NCBI GenBank assembly: GCA_013416795.1
Contig: RQSC01000033.1
Coordinates: 357,006-397,172 of the forward strand
Direction of reading: 5' to 3'
DNA: 40,167 nucleotides
Source of the DNA: Prasinococcaceae sp. CCMP 1430
Lineage: Eukaryota; Plantae; Prasinodermophyta
The notes below the pieces were generated by a model that searched no databases, had not been told where the DNA came from, and was given only the letters and a program-made list of their open reading frames with translations. Positions 21,101-30,974 of the stretch are shown in pieces. The first letter of the stretch is position 1. Every line of letters starts with the position of its first letter. Position numbers and translations under genes: made by a program.

Positions 21101-21120
21101 CCCAACGGCTCCCAACGGCT
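21101..21120 (+). promoter_or_regulatory. Tandem MSA (mitosis-specific activator) elements CCCAACGGCT x2 upstream of cyclin B
   Basis: Both 10-mers fit YCYAACGGYY; further AACGG/CCGTT cores at 20721, 20781, 20809 and 21055. Confidence 0.6.
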
Positions 21121-21275
21121 CGCTTCGGTGTCGGAACCACGCACAACCACGCACCCACCGAAACACCTCCGCTCCACACGCGTGAATTGCTTCAGGAGCG
21201 CGTGCAAAGCATCGCAAAACGCAGTCGATAGCAATGCCAAAACCTTTCCATAAATATAGATCAAAACGAATTTGT

Positions 21276-21346
21276 TTTCAGTCCCAACTATTAAAAACGT
21301 TTTACTATAGTCCCACTGAAATTTATTTAAAAAAAAAAAAAAAAAA
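21276..21346. repeat. AT-rich imperfect palindrome (TTTCAGT..AAAAC|GTTTT..ACTGAAA) followed by an A18 tract
   Basis: Outer 7-bp arms and inner 10-bp palindrome share centre 21298.5; AGTCCCA occurs twice as a direct repeat. Confidence 0.7.
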
Positions 21347-21426
21347 ACAACTGGCGACGGCGCGCGTCCGCGCTCGCGCTCGCCGCCCCGCCCCCGCGGC
21401 CTCGCGCGCTCGCGCGCCCGGATTCA

Positions 21427-21434
21427 AACCCTAT
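21427..21434 (+). promoter_or_regulatory. Telo-box AAACCCTA upstream of the DDT gene
   Basis: Exact telo-box octamer; a related AACCTAAACCC lies about 45 nt downstream. Confidence 0.45.
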
Positions 21435-21713
21435 TCTTAACCCCAATTAGGCCCGAAGTTCACGCGCTGTAACCTAAACCCGGCGGCGTCGCGCGGCCCT
21501 CCCCGGCCGCGCACTTCCGCTCCGCGCGCGACGCCGCGAGTGCGGTTTGATGCCGAACGGCGTCGGCGCGGCGCCCTCGGTGTGACTCTCCCGTGGGTAT
21601 TTCGGCGTGGAGCGGCCGGATCGCGATCGGCCGCGCGAGGGCGCGCGCGCGCGCGCGTGCGAGGGCGCGCGTGCGACGGGGGGCAGGCCGGCCCGGCCGG
21701 CGAGGCGGCGGCG

Positions 21714-24700
21714 ATGCCGCTGCTTCGGCGCAAGCGATGGGCGGCGGCGGCGCCGCCGCCGCCCGAATCGGTGCCCGCCGGCGCACGCGTGTGGATGGTC
21801 CGCTTCACCGGGGAGGTCCACACGGACTACGACGGATACGCGGCCGCGCTCAACGCCTACCGCGAGCGCAAGTGGGCGTGCCGCCTCAGCGGGCGCTCCG
21901 GGATGACCTTCGAGGAGGCCGCGACCTCCGAGGACGCCGCGTCACGGGCGACGCGCGCGGCCGTGCCGCGCGCGTTGGAGCCCACCATCGTGTCGGCAGC
22001 GAACTTTGCCACGGGGTCGGTGGACGCCGTCGCCGATGCTGCGCTGAAGCGGCTCAGGGCGACCTTCTGCGTGGGCGAGGAAGTGACGGTGATGTACGAG
22101 GGAGGGGCGTACCGATGCCACGTGGTGGGCATGGCGGAAGAGGACAAGTCGGTGCGCGTCGCCTGGCTGGTGGCCGATGCGCCGCTGGATGAGGAATTCG
22201 ACGCCGTCGCCGCCGGAAAGATCGAGCGGGCGGAGGCGGCCAAGGCGGCCCGGGAGGCGCCGGGAGGCTCGGAGGCCGATGGCGCGGGTGGCGAGGCAGG
22301 CGGGCCCGCTGCTGGCGGCGGAAGCGCTACGGCTGCTTTGGACAAGGGTGGTGGCTTCCCGTCGTCATCCACGCGGGCGGAAGGCGGCGATGCGGATGCT
22401 CCGGTCGCCCTCGATGACGGGGAGCTGGACGAGTCTGAGATGGGGCCGTACGTCACCGTCACGACCGAGCCGCGCTCGGCCGTCTCCCGCCAGCTGCCGC
22501 TGCCGCAGAAGGCCTTCGTCAAGGCATGGCTTCGTGAGCACTCCGAGCCGTACCGCGGCTTCAAGGGCGCCCCGCTCGTGATGGACGGCCCGCTGCGCGC
22601 GCGCTTCAACCTGCCTGAGCGCCCCCCGGACTCCCTCTTGGGCAATATCCTGGAGCTCGAGAGGCAGGAGCAGGCGCGCGAGGCCAAGCGCCAGGCAGCT
22701 GCTGCGAAGCAAGCCGAGGCGGCTGCCAGGAGAGAGCTGAAGCGCAGGCGCGAGGCGGAGGACGAGGAGCGCCGCGTGACTGCCAGGATAGCCAAGATGT
22801 CTGAGAAGGCACTGAGTGCGGCGGCGGCGAAGCTTGCCAAGCAGGAAAGCAAGGCCGCGGCGAAGGCCGCCTCTGCTGAGGCCAAAGAGCTCGCGCGCGA
22901 ACGGAAAATCGCCAAGCGCGAGGAAGCAGAGCTGGCCAAGCGCTTGGCTGCGGAAGAGAAAGCCCGGCGCAAGGCTGCGGCTGCTGCGGAGGCCGCCCGG
23001 CTGCGCGAGGAGGCGCAGCTGCGAGAACAGGCAGAAAAGGCCGAGCGCGCCCGGCAGCGCGAGGCTGAGCGGCAGGAGCGACTCAGACAGAAGGAGATGG
23101 AAAAGGAGGCGGCTCGGCTTGAGCGCGAGCGCCAGAAGGTCGAGCGCGACCGGCAAAAGGAGGAGGCTCGACTACAGCGCGAGAAAGAGAAGGCGGAGGC
23201 GCGGCGGCTCGCAGAGCAGGAGAAGGAGGCGGCACGAGAGGCGGCCGAGAAGGAGAAGCTCTACCCCATGGAGGACACCCTCGTCGGCAAAGGCACCGAG
23301 CACTGGGCGGAAGGGGACCCAGATCGGGCGACACGGCCCGTGCCCGGGCCGTACCTTCCTTTCTGCGCTCCGCTTCTGCCCCTCGAGACCCAGCACGCCA
23401 TGGCTGGTCACGCGCTGTCTCTCACAGCGCTCTTCCGGCACTACAGCCAGGAGCTACATGTCTCTCACTTCAGCGTTGAGATGCTCGTGGCCGCGCTGCA
23501 GCGTGAGAGCAGCTGCGGCGATGGCGGCCTGATCGGAGAGATGCACGCGGCCCTCATGTGGAACCTTTGTTCCTACAGTGACGAGCACATCAACGCGGTG
23601 GCCGCAGTGGGCATTGAGCGCATTACGGTCGAAAACTCGATCGGAATGGCGTTGGCCGCTTTTGTTCGCGACATCCTTCCTGAGGATGCCATAATCGGCG
23701 ACAGCTTCACCACGAAGCAGGCGCTCGCGGATGCCATCGACGATGGATCGTACGCGTCGGCATCGGCGTATACCAAGCTGATGATTCTGTGCGCACTCGC
23801 AGACGATGCGCTGACCACCGGTGCCCTCCACGATCGTGTTGAGGACGACGCTGATTCGCTGCTGGCGCTGCGCAACGAACGCGTCACCGTCGAGGCCGAG
23901 GCGCGTCGACGTTTGGAGCACGCCCTCTCCGAGTCACGCAAAAAGTGGGAGCAGAGGTCAGGTGAGGTGAAACGCAAAGCCCAAGAGGAGGCACTTGAAC
24001 GGCGAGCAGCTGAGGCGGCCAAGCTGGTGGCCTCGAGGGGCGCTGGCGCTCCCGCGGCCGGCAGTGGGGGTCCGATATCGCCGCAGTTCGAGCTCCCTCC
24101 GCCGCCCGACGAGACTGAGGTCGGCAGCATGGGCGCCCAGGCAACCCTCGGGGCCAGCGCGACAGAGGAGGACTTGATGGCGACAGCCTTTGACAACGTT
24201 GACACGATGGGCATCGGGCTCGTCGATGGCATCGCGTCGGCCGCTGCGCAGGGCCCGAAGCCGCCAGCCTCTACGGGCGACACCAAAAGCCGGGCGACTG
24301 GGGCTCAAGGTTCGTCTGCGCGCGCGTTGCGCTTTGGAACGCCACAGATGCGTTGGGCCAACCGTGCCGCATCTCCTGCTGCGTCCGCTGACAATGTTTT
24401 TGTTCTGCCTGATTGCGTTTCCTCTCTTGATTGCAGCCCTGCGCCCAGTGGGCGAGAAAGCGTGGCGCTGGAACCAGGTGGCGCTCAAGGAGGTCAGACG
24501 GCTCGCTGCCGAGCAGCAGGCCGAGGCCAGGCAGATCAACGATGCCGAGGCAGCTGCGAAGGAGCGCCGTGCTCTCAAGTTTGCGCGTGCATGCGAGCAA
24601 CATTACGTCCGTGAGGTCCCGCTGGGCGAGGACCACCTGCGCAATCGCTACTGGTGGTTCCAAGGCGACGGGCGGGTGTTCGTCGAGCAGTGCTCTGGAT

Positions 24701-24945
24701 GTGTGGGCGCCCCTCCATCGAGCTCGGCTGGGCCGACGTGGGCCGTGCTGCGCGGGGGTGCCCAGCTGAATGCACTCGCGGCCAGCCTCAACCCTAAGGG
24801 CGTGCGCGAGCGGCGCCTGCGCGAGACTTTGACGCTGCGGGGCGGTGACATTCAGGCCGCACTGGACGGCATGGTGCAGCCACAACACGCCGCCGCCAAG
24901 CTCAATCGCTGGAAGAACCACCTGCGCACGGGCAACGAGTGGTAA
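21714..24945 (+). CDS. WAC-DDT-WHIM ISWI-partner chromatin protein (Acf1/BAZ1-like, no PHD or bromodomain); exons 21714-24309, 24437-24945 (1034 aa)
   Basis: WAC: WMVRFTGEVHTDYDGY..Y.ERKWAC.LSGRSGMTFEEA..SE. DDT after LYPMED; WHIM1 YTKLMILCALADDAL; PLGEDHLRNRYWWF; LAASLNPKGVRERRL. Phase-1 intron 24310-24436. Confidence 0.85.
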
Positions 24946-25033
24946 GTCCCGCTCAAATTAATTTCAAGTGCATACGTTCTTTCACGTTGCGAGGATGGGT
25001 GAGCATGCCCCATGCGTTTTGTGGTGCGTGTTT

Positions 25034-25663
25034 CTACTTTGCGTTGGGGTCCTCGGGCGGGATGTCGACGTTGAGATAGGTGTGCCCCTCTGGCAGGGCA
25101 AAATTGTCTTGACGTTCGGCGAATCGCACGACAACCTGCATAGCATACGCGGCGCAGTCAGCCCGCGGCGCCGCACATGCAGGTGGCACTGCGTGCAGCA
25201 GCGTCGCTAACAGCTGCCCAGCGCATCACAACCCATTGACGGGCAGTAAGGGCCGCGCGCGCGAGCACATGCGCACGCGCGCGCGCACTCGGGGTCGCAC
25301 GCGCGCAGCTTTACCTTGTCAGCCGTTATGTCCGCAGACTTGACGCCGACCATGGCGTTGACTTGCAGCAGCGGGAGGAGTGCGTGCGCAGTTTGTGAGC
25401 CGCCAAGCGCCGCATGCCAGCGTCAGCGGGCTGTCAGCGCACGCTGGCGGGGTCCGCGCGAGCGCATGCGCGCTCGTGCTCGCATCCGCTCCTGAAGCGA
25501 GGCTCAGGGCTAGCATCGGCGCAGACGTCGCGTGCGCCCGCCGCGCCGAGCCCGGCACGAGCAGCCAGCGCGCGCACGCACTGACGGCCTTGGCAACCTC
25601 CTTGCGCACGGCGGCGCTCTGGCGGCAAGCCTTGGGCACCCAAGTGATGCTCACGAACGGCAT
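25034..25663 (-). CDS. 76-aa tautomerase-superfamily (4-OT/MIF-like) protein; exons 25663-25582, 25361-25315, 25135-25034
   Basis: Spliced product MPFVSITWVPKACRQSAAVRKEVAKAVINAMVGVKSADITADKVVVRFAERQDNFALPEGHTYLNVDIPPEDPNAK has Pro after Met, a beta-alpha-beta pattern and a VVVRFxE strand. Introns are phase-consistent (second exon uses an AAG acceptor). Confidence 0.7.
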
Positions 25664-26280
25664 CGTCAGGCGAGCGTGCGAGGCGGGATGGGGCGCGGGG
25701 GGCCGTTTGAGGCTTCGGCTCGGCGGTCGCCGCGGGGCGTGCTGGGCTGGCGGGATCACGGGCGCGCGCGCAGTGTGGCACGAGACGGCACTACATATAT
25801 TGTCTACCTCTCGAGCAAGATGCGCAGAGGACAACACACACGCACGCGCGCGCGCGCGCACACACATGCACATGCGCACACACGCACACACTCCCTCCCT
25901 CCGTCCTCCTCTCGGCCCTCGCCGCACGTCATCAGCACGCTCGCGCGCCGCCGTGGATAAACTCCCGCTGGGGCCCAAAATAAAAACGGCCGGTGTGCAA
26001 TCTCGCGCGCGCAAGTCCGCAGGATCAGCGAAGTGGTACGCCCGCGCCGGGAGACGAAGAGGCGCGCAGCGCGGCGCGGCGCGGGTCGGTCGCGTGTGGG
26101 CGCGGGTGGGTAGCGCAGGAGGGTGTGATGCGGCATACCGATGCGAGAGCGGTGGGGCGGCGCCACATCACGCCGCGCGCGCGCAGTGCAGCCCTGCTAG
26201 GGCCCGAGGTCGCCCACGGCCGCGGGCGGGCGGGCGCGGGCACACGAGGCGACTGGGCCGCCCGCACCGTCCAAAGCGCG

Positions 26281-27353
26281 ATGGCGCTCGCGTTGCGAAG
26301 CTTCTTCGCAGCCGTTGCACGAGGGAGCGGGCGAGAGATTGCCAGAGTTGACGACGATGACGTTGAGGCCGGATTCGGCCCTGCCGAGGTCGGCGTCGAG
26401 TATACGCTGCGTCAAGGGCGCAGCGACGATAGCGTCGCTGAAAGAGAAGAAGAGCTCTCGGAGGGCGACACCTCCACTCACAGCCCAGCCGTCGACGGTG
26501 TCTCGGTCGCCGCGGCACGTGCCGCTGCAGCCGAGGAGCATGCGTTGATGTGGGGGGGTTCACCGCGACCGCCGCGACGCCGTTCGTCGACCACAGAATG
26601 CATGATATGCCTCGAGCCGCTCGCGGTGCAGGCGCCTGCCCTATGGCATAGGCTCCCACAGAGGCGCTTTTGTTCGCAACTGAGAATGGTTGTAACCATG
26701 GCGTGCTGTGGTAGGCAGTTCCACCAGGGTTGCATAGAGACCTGGCTGCGTGGTAGTGCTACGTGTCCAAACTGTCGCAGCAAAGAACCCGCTGCCACAG
26801 TCGTGTTGTATGAGCTCGAAGAGACCGCGTCGTCAGTAAGCGCCGCCGCCGTCGAGGCCGGTGGCGTGGCCATCGAAGCGACCGTGCCGTGGAAACCTCC
26901 GGGTTGGGACATCGAGGGTATCAAGCTGCAATCTGGGGGGCATATCGACCAGCGAAAGGCCGCTTGTCAGCTCCGGTGGCTCACTCGGCCAGGCAGCTCG
27001 TATGTCAGGAAGGTGCGCACGATCCCTGGCGCAACCCTTACCGCGCGCTGGCCAGTGTGCCGTTCCGATCGAGCTGACGCGGCCTGCGGCCGACGCCGAC
27101 GCCGGCTTGCGCCCAGGTCAATCGTCAGCAGTGCGCCGAGAGATGTGAGATCTGGGGCATTAATGCAATCTACACCTTCGTGGGCCTCGTCACAGTACTG
27201 ATCCTAGTCTTCGCAGCATACGTCACGGTCGCCTGTGCCGGTAACGTTGGCGGTGGGTGCCCGGCGATACTCGTGCTTGAACAGCGAGAGGAGGATCCTA
27301 CCTTCGCACACGCATCTTCGCCACCGCCATTGCCAGGCGCGGGCGGCGAGTGA
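26281..27353 (+). CDS. RING-finger protein with a C-terminal transmembrane segment; exons 26281-27012, 27117-27353 (322 aa; alternative in-frame ATG at 26128)
   Basis: CMIC-x-CCGRQFHQGCIETWLRGSATCPNC. Intron GTGCGC..GCTGAC..CCCAG; exon 2 encodes AIYTFVGLVTVLILVFAAYVTVAC. Confidence 0.78.
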
Positions 27354-27483
27354 CAAGGACAAGCACTGTTTCTCATCTGCACACATACACACGCACAGCA
27401 ACGCGCGAGGGCGTGCCAGCGAGTGCATTGACCGGACGTCGCAAGCTACAGCACTGTGATTAATGGAAAGGATGACGGCACGC

Positions 27484-30315
27484 TCATGTATCCACTTCGA
27501 CATTTCTTGTCAGATACCTCATGCGCTCCTTGAGTGTCGCACGAGTTTCGAAGTCCCTCGTGCGCGACATGCGATGATCCTTGGAGCCTACGTGCTCAAA
27601 TGCGTCTGAAAACTCGAGCGTCTCCTCCTCTTGTTCGATTTCCTGAAGCAGCCCGGAGAGAGAGACGCCCTTCGCGTGATTGGGAAGGGGCGCTCCGGAA
27701 CCCCTCTGTGCGCCCGTGCCCTGCTGCAGCTGCACAACAGCGTCGACGTAAATCTGCAAATCTTCCGCCAAAGAGTCGCGCAGCTGAAGCGGCCCAGTCA
27801 CGCGATCAATCTCCCTCAGAAATTGTTCGATTTGCTCCACGGACAGCGTCATGCGCGTGGGACGCCCTCGCCGCGTGGAATTTCGTGTGGTCGCCGCATG
27901 GTGGTCGCGTACCATCTTGGTGAGCCTTTCGCGGTGCTGAAAGATAAAGCTCGCCACCTCGCCCTCGAGTGCCGAGCGCGCCGAGTCCGCGCTTGCGACA
28001 CGGTTGTTGTGGGCAGCCGCAGCCTCCGCATTGTTGAGCGTAGCAAATCCGCCCTTCGGCTCATTGCGTTGGGAGTCGCTCATCACAGAGACACTTGAAG
28101 GGCGACGCACTCCGCTTCTGCTGGCAGAGTCGCGCCCTCCTGCATTCTCGCCGCCTTGAGTACCACTTGTTGTGCTCGTGTCCACGGCCACGCTCCCGCG
28201 TCTGGCCGAAACTTGCTGGCCACTCGCGCTCATGCTTGGCGCTACAGTTGCCAGCAGCTGGACGACTTGGTTGTCCGTGGCGTCTAAGGCACCTTTAACC
28301 AGTCCCTTGCCGTGCTCCTGCGCCAAAACAGCCTTTGCCGCCACGGGCTGCGCCGCCGCACGTCCACGCGCGATGGACGTGTCAGCCAACGCGTGGAACT
28401 CGGCGAGGTTCGTGAGATGAAAGTCTTGCGGCGCCGCAGACTGTCGCTTGCTAGACCGTCCTACACGGCTGCTCCCGTTGGCAAGCCGCGGAGGGGTGTC
28501 CATGCTGCCATCCCCAGAATCGGATCCCGCGTCCAGGTCGAGCTGGCGGATCGCCTCGTCGATTTCCGCGCTGCTGCGTCCGAAGAAATTTGCTGCATGA
28601 CCAGCGGGGCCACCGCTGGCCCCTGCACTGCTTCCGCTGCCGCCGCCCTGCACCGAGGTCCTGCCATCCCCTTGTGGCGTTGTGATCCTCCGCACCGGTT
28701 GTGCGAGAGAAGCCGCGGCCGTGATTTTGTCACTGTATTGCCCGATCATCGAGAGCGTGATCTTGAGCAGCCGCTCTGTGGCCGCGTCCCGCTCGAGCAG
28801 CGATTCGAGGCGCTTCTGCGAGCTCTCCATGCGGCTGGCGTACACCTCGAAATGCTTGGAGGAGGTGCTGCGCCGGTCGCTGTACTGGAGATGTTCGAGC
28901 TCGCGGCGCAGCTTTCGCATCTCGTCGGTCAGTTGCTTGACGCGCTCCTCCTTCTGCGCTGACTCCTTGGTCATGCGTTCCTTGTCGTAGCCCTTCATTA
29001 GTAACGAATTGACCAGGCGCTTCTGCGAGCTCTCCATGCGGCTGGCGTACACCTCGAAATGCTTGGAGGAGGTGCTGCGCCGGTCGCTGTACTGGAGATG
29101 TTCGAGCTCGCGGCGCAGCTTTCGCATCTCGTCGGTCAGTTGCTTGACGCGCTCCTCCTTCTGCGCTGACTCCTTGGTCATGCGTTCCTTGTCGTAGCCC
29201 TTCATTAGTAACGAATTGACCATCTCGTCGAGGTCATCGGTTCCGGCGATGCGAAAGAATACTTCGAAGGCCTGCTTGAGCTTCGTTGTGATACCTCGGC
29301 TCTCCTCCTTCTCCGCTTGAATAGTCTGTCGACGTATCTTGTTCACTGCTTCCTTGGCCTTGAGAGTGTACTCCTCAGAGTGACGCGCGATCTCACGCAC
29401 ACGGGTCCGTGCGAGGGCGCGCTGCTCGTATCCGTTGATGTAGCCCTCCTCGGCCTGCGCGTGCTCGTGCAGCGCGCCCACCTGCGCGGTGGCGTTCTGC
29501 TCGAAGCGACGCAGATCCTCTTGAGCGCAGCTGAGGTCGGCACGGGTGGAGACAGCCGCGTCGCGCGCCTTCGTCGCGCGCACGTGCACACTTTTCTCCG
29601 CCTTGGAGGCAAGCGCGATCTCCTCGCGCAGCGCGGTCACGTCCGCGCTGTCCAGGCGGACTTCGGCGCTCGTGCGGTCGATCATGCGGCTGAGCTGCTC
29701 ACGCTCGAAGAGCGCGAACTCATAGCTCTCAGCACAGGCATCGAGGCGCTTTTGCAGCTCGTCGCGCTGCGTTGAGAGCCCCCCAGCAGTCTCGGGTTTC
29801 ATACCCTCAAGCATGCGCAGCTCGCCTTCACTGGTGTCGAGGTCGCGCAAGCGCGACCGCTGCTCAGTGAGGACGCGGTCGTACTCTATGCGCAGCCTCA
29901 CCAGGTCACGCTCAGTCGTACGCTCCACCACGGAGGCGTTGCGCGGTTCGGGCATAGGCTTCTTGCGCGCACTCACACCGAGGGTCGTGCCGTCGCCGGC
30001 ACGGGCGGGCAGCATCTTCGCGGTGGACGCCCCGACGCCCTTCCTGCTGCCGGGTGAAGACGTCAGGGAGTGTGCCGAGCTCGGCGTCGTACGGCGGGGC
30101 ACGTTCGCACCCCACGGGCGCGCAGAGGCGGGGGAAGTGTTGAGCTTGGCCCCGCTGCTGCCTGCGCGCCGCAGGGCAGGGCCATCGCTGGAGGTGCGCC
30201 GCAGCATCTTGCTACCGCCGGCGCTCGAGGGCGTCGGTGCTCCCGCGCTCTGGGACCGCCGCGGCGGTGGGGCCGGCGCGTGGGCCGCGCCCCCCGCGTC
30301 TGCCATCGCGCCCAT
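27484..30315 (-). CDS. Long coiled-coil protein, possibly outer dynein arm docking complex family (ODAD1/ODAD3-like)
   Basis: Clear long ORF with heptad-rich core; KLKQAFEVFFRIAGTDDLDEMVNSLL resembles the ODA-DC AFxxIxxxxGxxDxDExV motif. Family assignment is weak; the ORF itself is solid. Confidence 0.5.
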   Translation of the reverse strand: MGAMADAGGAAHAPAPPPRRSQSAGAPTPSSAGGSKMLRRTSSDGPALRRAGSSGAKLNTSPASARPWGANVPRRTTPSSAHSLTSSPGSRKGVGASTAKMLPARAGDGTTLGVSARKKPMPEPRNASVVERTTERDLVRLRIEYDRVLTEQRSRLRDLDTSEGELRMLEGMKPETAGGLSTQRDELQKRLDACAESYEFALFEREQLSRMIDRTSAEVRLDSADVTALREEIALASKAEKSVHVRATKARDAAVSTRADLSCAQEDLRRFEQNATAQVGALHEHAQAEEGYINGYEQRALARTRVREIARHSEEYTLKAKEAVNKIRRQTIQAEKEESRGITTKLKQAFEVFFRIAGTDDLDEMVNSLLMKGYDKERMTKESAQKEERVKQLTDEMRKLRRELEHLQYSDRRSTSSKHFEVYASRMESSQKRLVNSLLMKGYDKERMTKESAQKEERVKQLTDEMRKLRRELEHLQYSDRRSTSSKHFEVYASRMESSQKRLESLLERDAATERLLKITLSMIGQYSDKITAAASLAQPVRRITTPQGDGRTSVQGGGSGSSAGASGGPAGHAANFFGRSSAEIDEAIRQLDLDAGSDSGDGSMDTPPRLANGSSRVGRSSKRQSAAPQDFHLTNLAEFHALADTSIARGRAAAQPVAAKAVLAQEHGKGLVKGALDATDNQVVQLLATVAPSMSASGQQVSARRGSVAVDTSTTSGTQGGENAGGRDSASRSGVRRPSSVSVMSDSQRNEPKGGFATLNNAEAAAAHNNRVASADSARSALEGEVASFIFQHRERLTKMVRDHHAATTRNSTRRGRPTRMTLSVEQIEQFLREIDRVTGPLQLRDSLAEDLQIYVDAVVQLQQGTGAQRGSGAPLPNHAKGVSLSGLLQEIEQEEETLEFSDAFEHVGSKDHRMSRTRDFETRATLKERMRYLTRNVEVDT
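28808..29221. repeat. Perfect in-frame 207-bp tandem duplication (28808-29014 and 29015-29221)
   Basis: The two copies read identically and duplicate 69 aa (VNSLLMKGYD...ESSQKRL). Confidence 0.97.
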
Positions 30316-30724
30316 TTCGGGCAACGCCGCCAGGCCGCCCTCAGCGACGCCCGCGCGCGAGCGGCTTGGCGCCGCCGACGACCCCGACCCGCAGGCACCC
30401 ACGCCGCCTGTCGGGTGCGCCCCGGAAGCAGTTGGGGCGTCCGATTCCGCGGGCGGACGGCGACGGCCCGGCCGCGTGCGGGCGGAACGAACGCGCGCGG
30501 CGGAAATTTCCCCGCGCCCATCGGCGCGTGCGCGGGAAAGTCCGAACGCGCCGCTCCACGCGCCGTTTCGCGGGACGCCCCCCGCGAAACGGCGCGGCGC
30601 GCAAACCCCGTCGCGATGTCGAGCCGAAACCGTTGAATCCGTGGAATCCGGTTGGGGACGCCGGCCGCTCCCCGATGCGGCGCGCGCCCGCGCGCAAACC
30701 CGTTCCGCATTCCACCCTAAAATA

Positions 30725-30737
30725 AGGGTTAGGGTTT
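30725..30737 (-). promoter_or_regulatory. Telo-box/telomere-like AGGGTTAGGGTTT in a divergent promoter
   Basis: Reverse complement AAACCCTAACCCT lies in an AT-rich island between the coiled-coil and ABHD14-like genes. Confidence 0.5.
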
Positions 30738-30974
30738 ATTTTTTTAGAATGCGCGGGCCCGGACGCGCCTCGGCGCCGCGCCGAGTCCGAGAGCGCGGGC
30801 CACAGCACGAGCGCCACGAGCATGCCCAGTCCACCAGAGGCCGGGCGGATCCCGTCGCCCTCCTCGGCCCGCGAATCGCGCGGCGCTGGAACCCGACCGC
30901 GCGGTTGGGGAGGGCGGTGGGGGGTCGCGGGGGCGTTTGCGCGCGGCGGCGGCGAGCGCCGGGAAAGCGCGGCC

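Noticed and set aside
21421-21482. Telomerase RNA template candidate
   Set aside because: Only short telo-box matches; no Pol III promoter or terminator layout or other TR features visible.
21540-24614. 1024-aa single-exon reading of the DDT gene
   Set aside because: The end reads through an intron (24310-24436); the WHIM motifs are in the other frame.
28808-29221. CRISPR array or LTR interpretation of the direct repeat
   Set aside because: Two abutting copies without spacers, target-site duplications or internal element, inside a coding frame.
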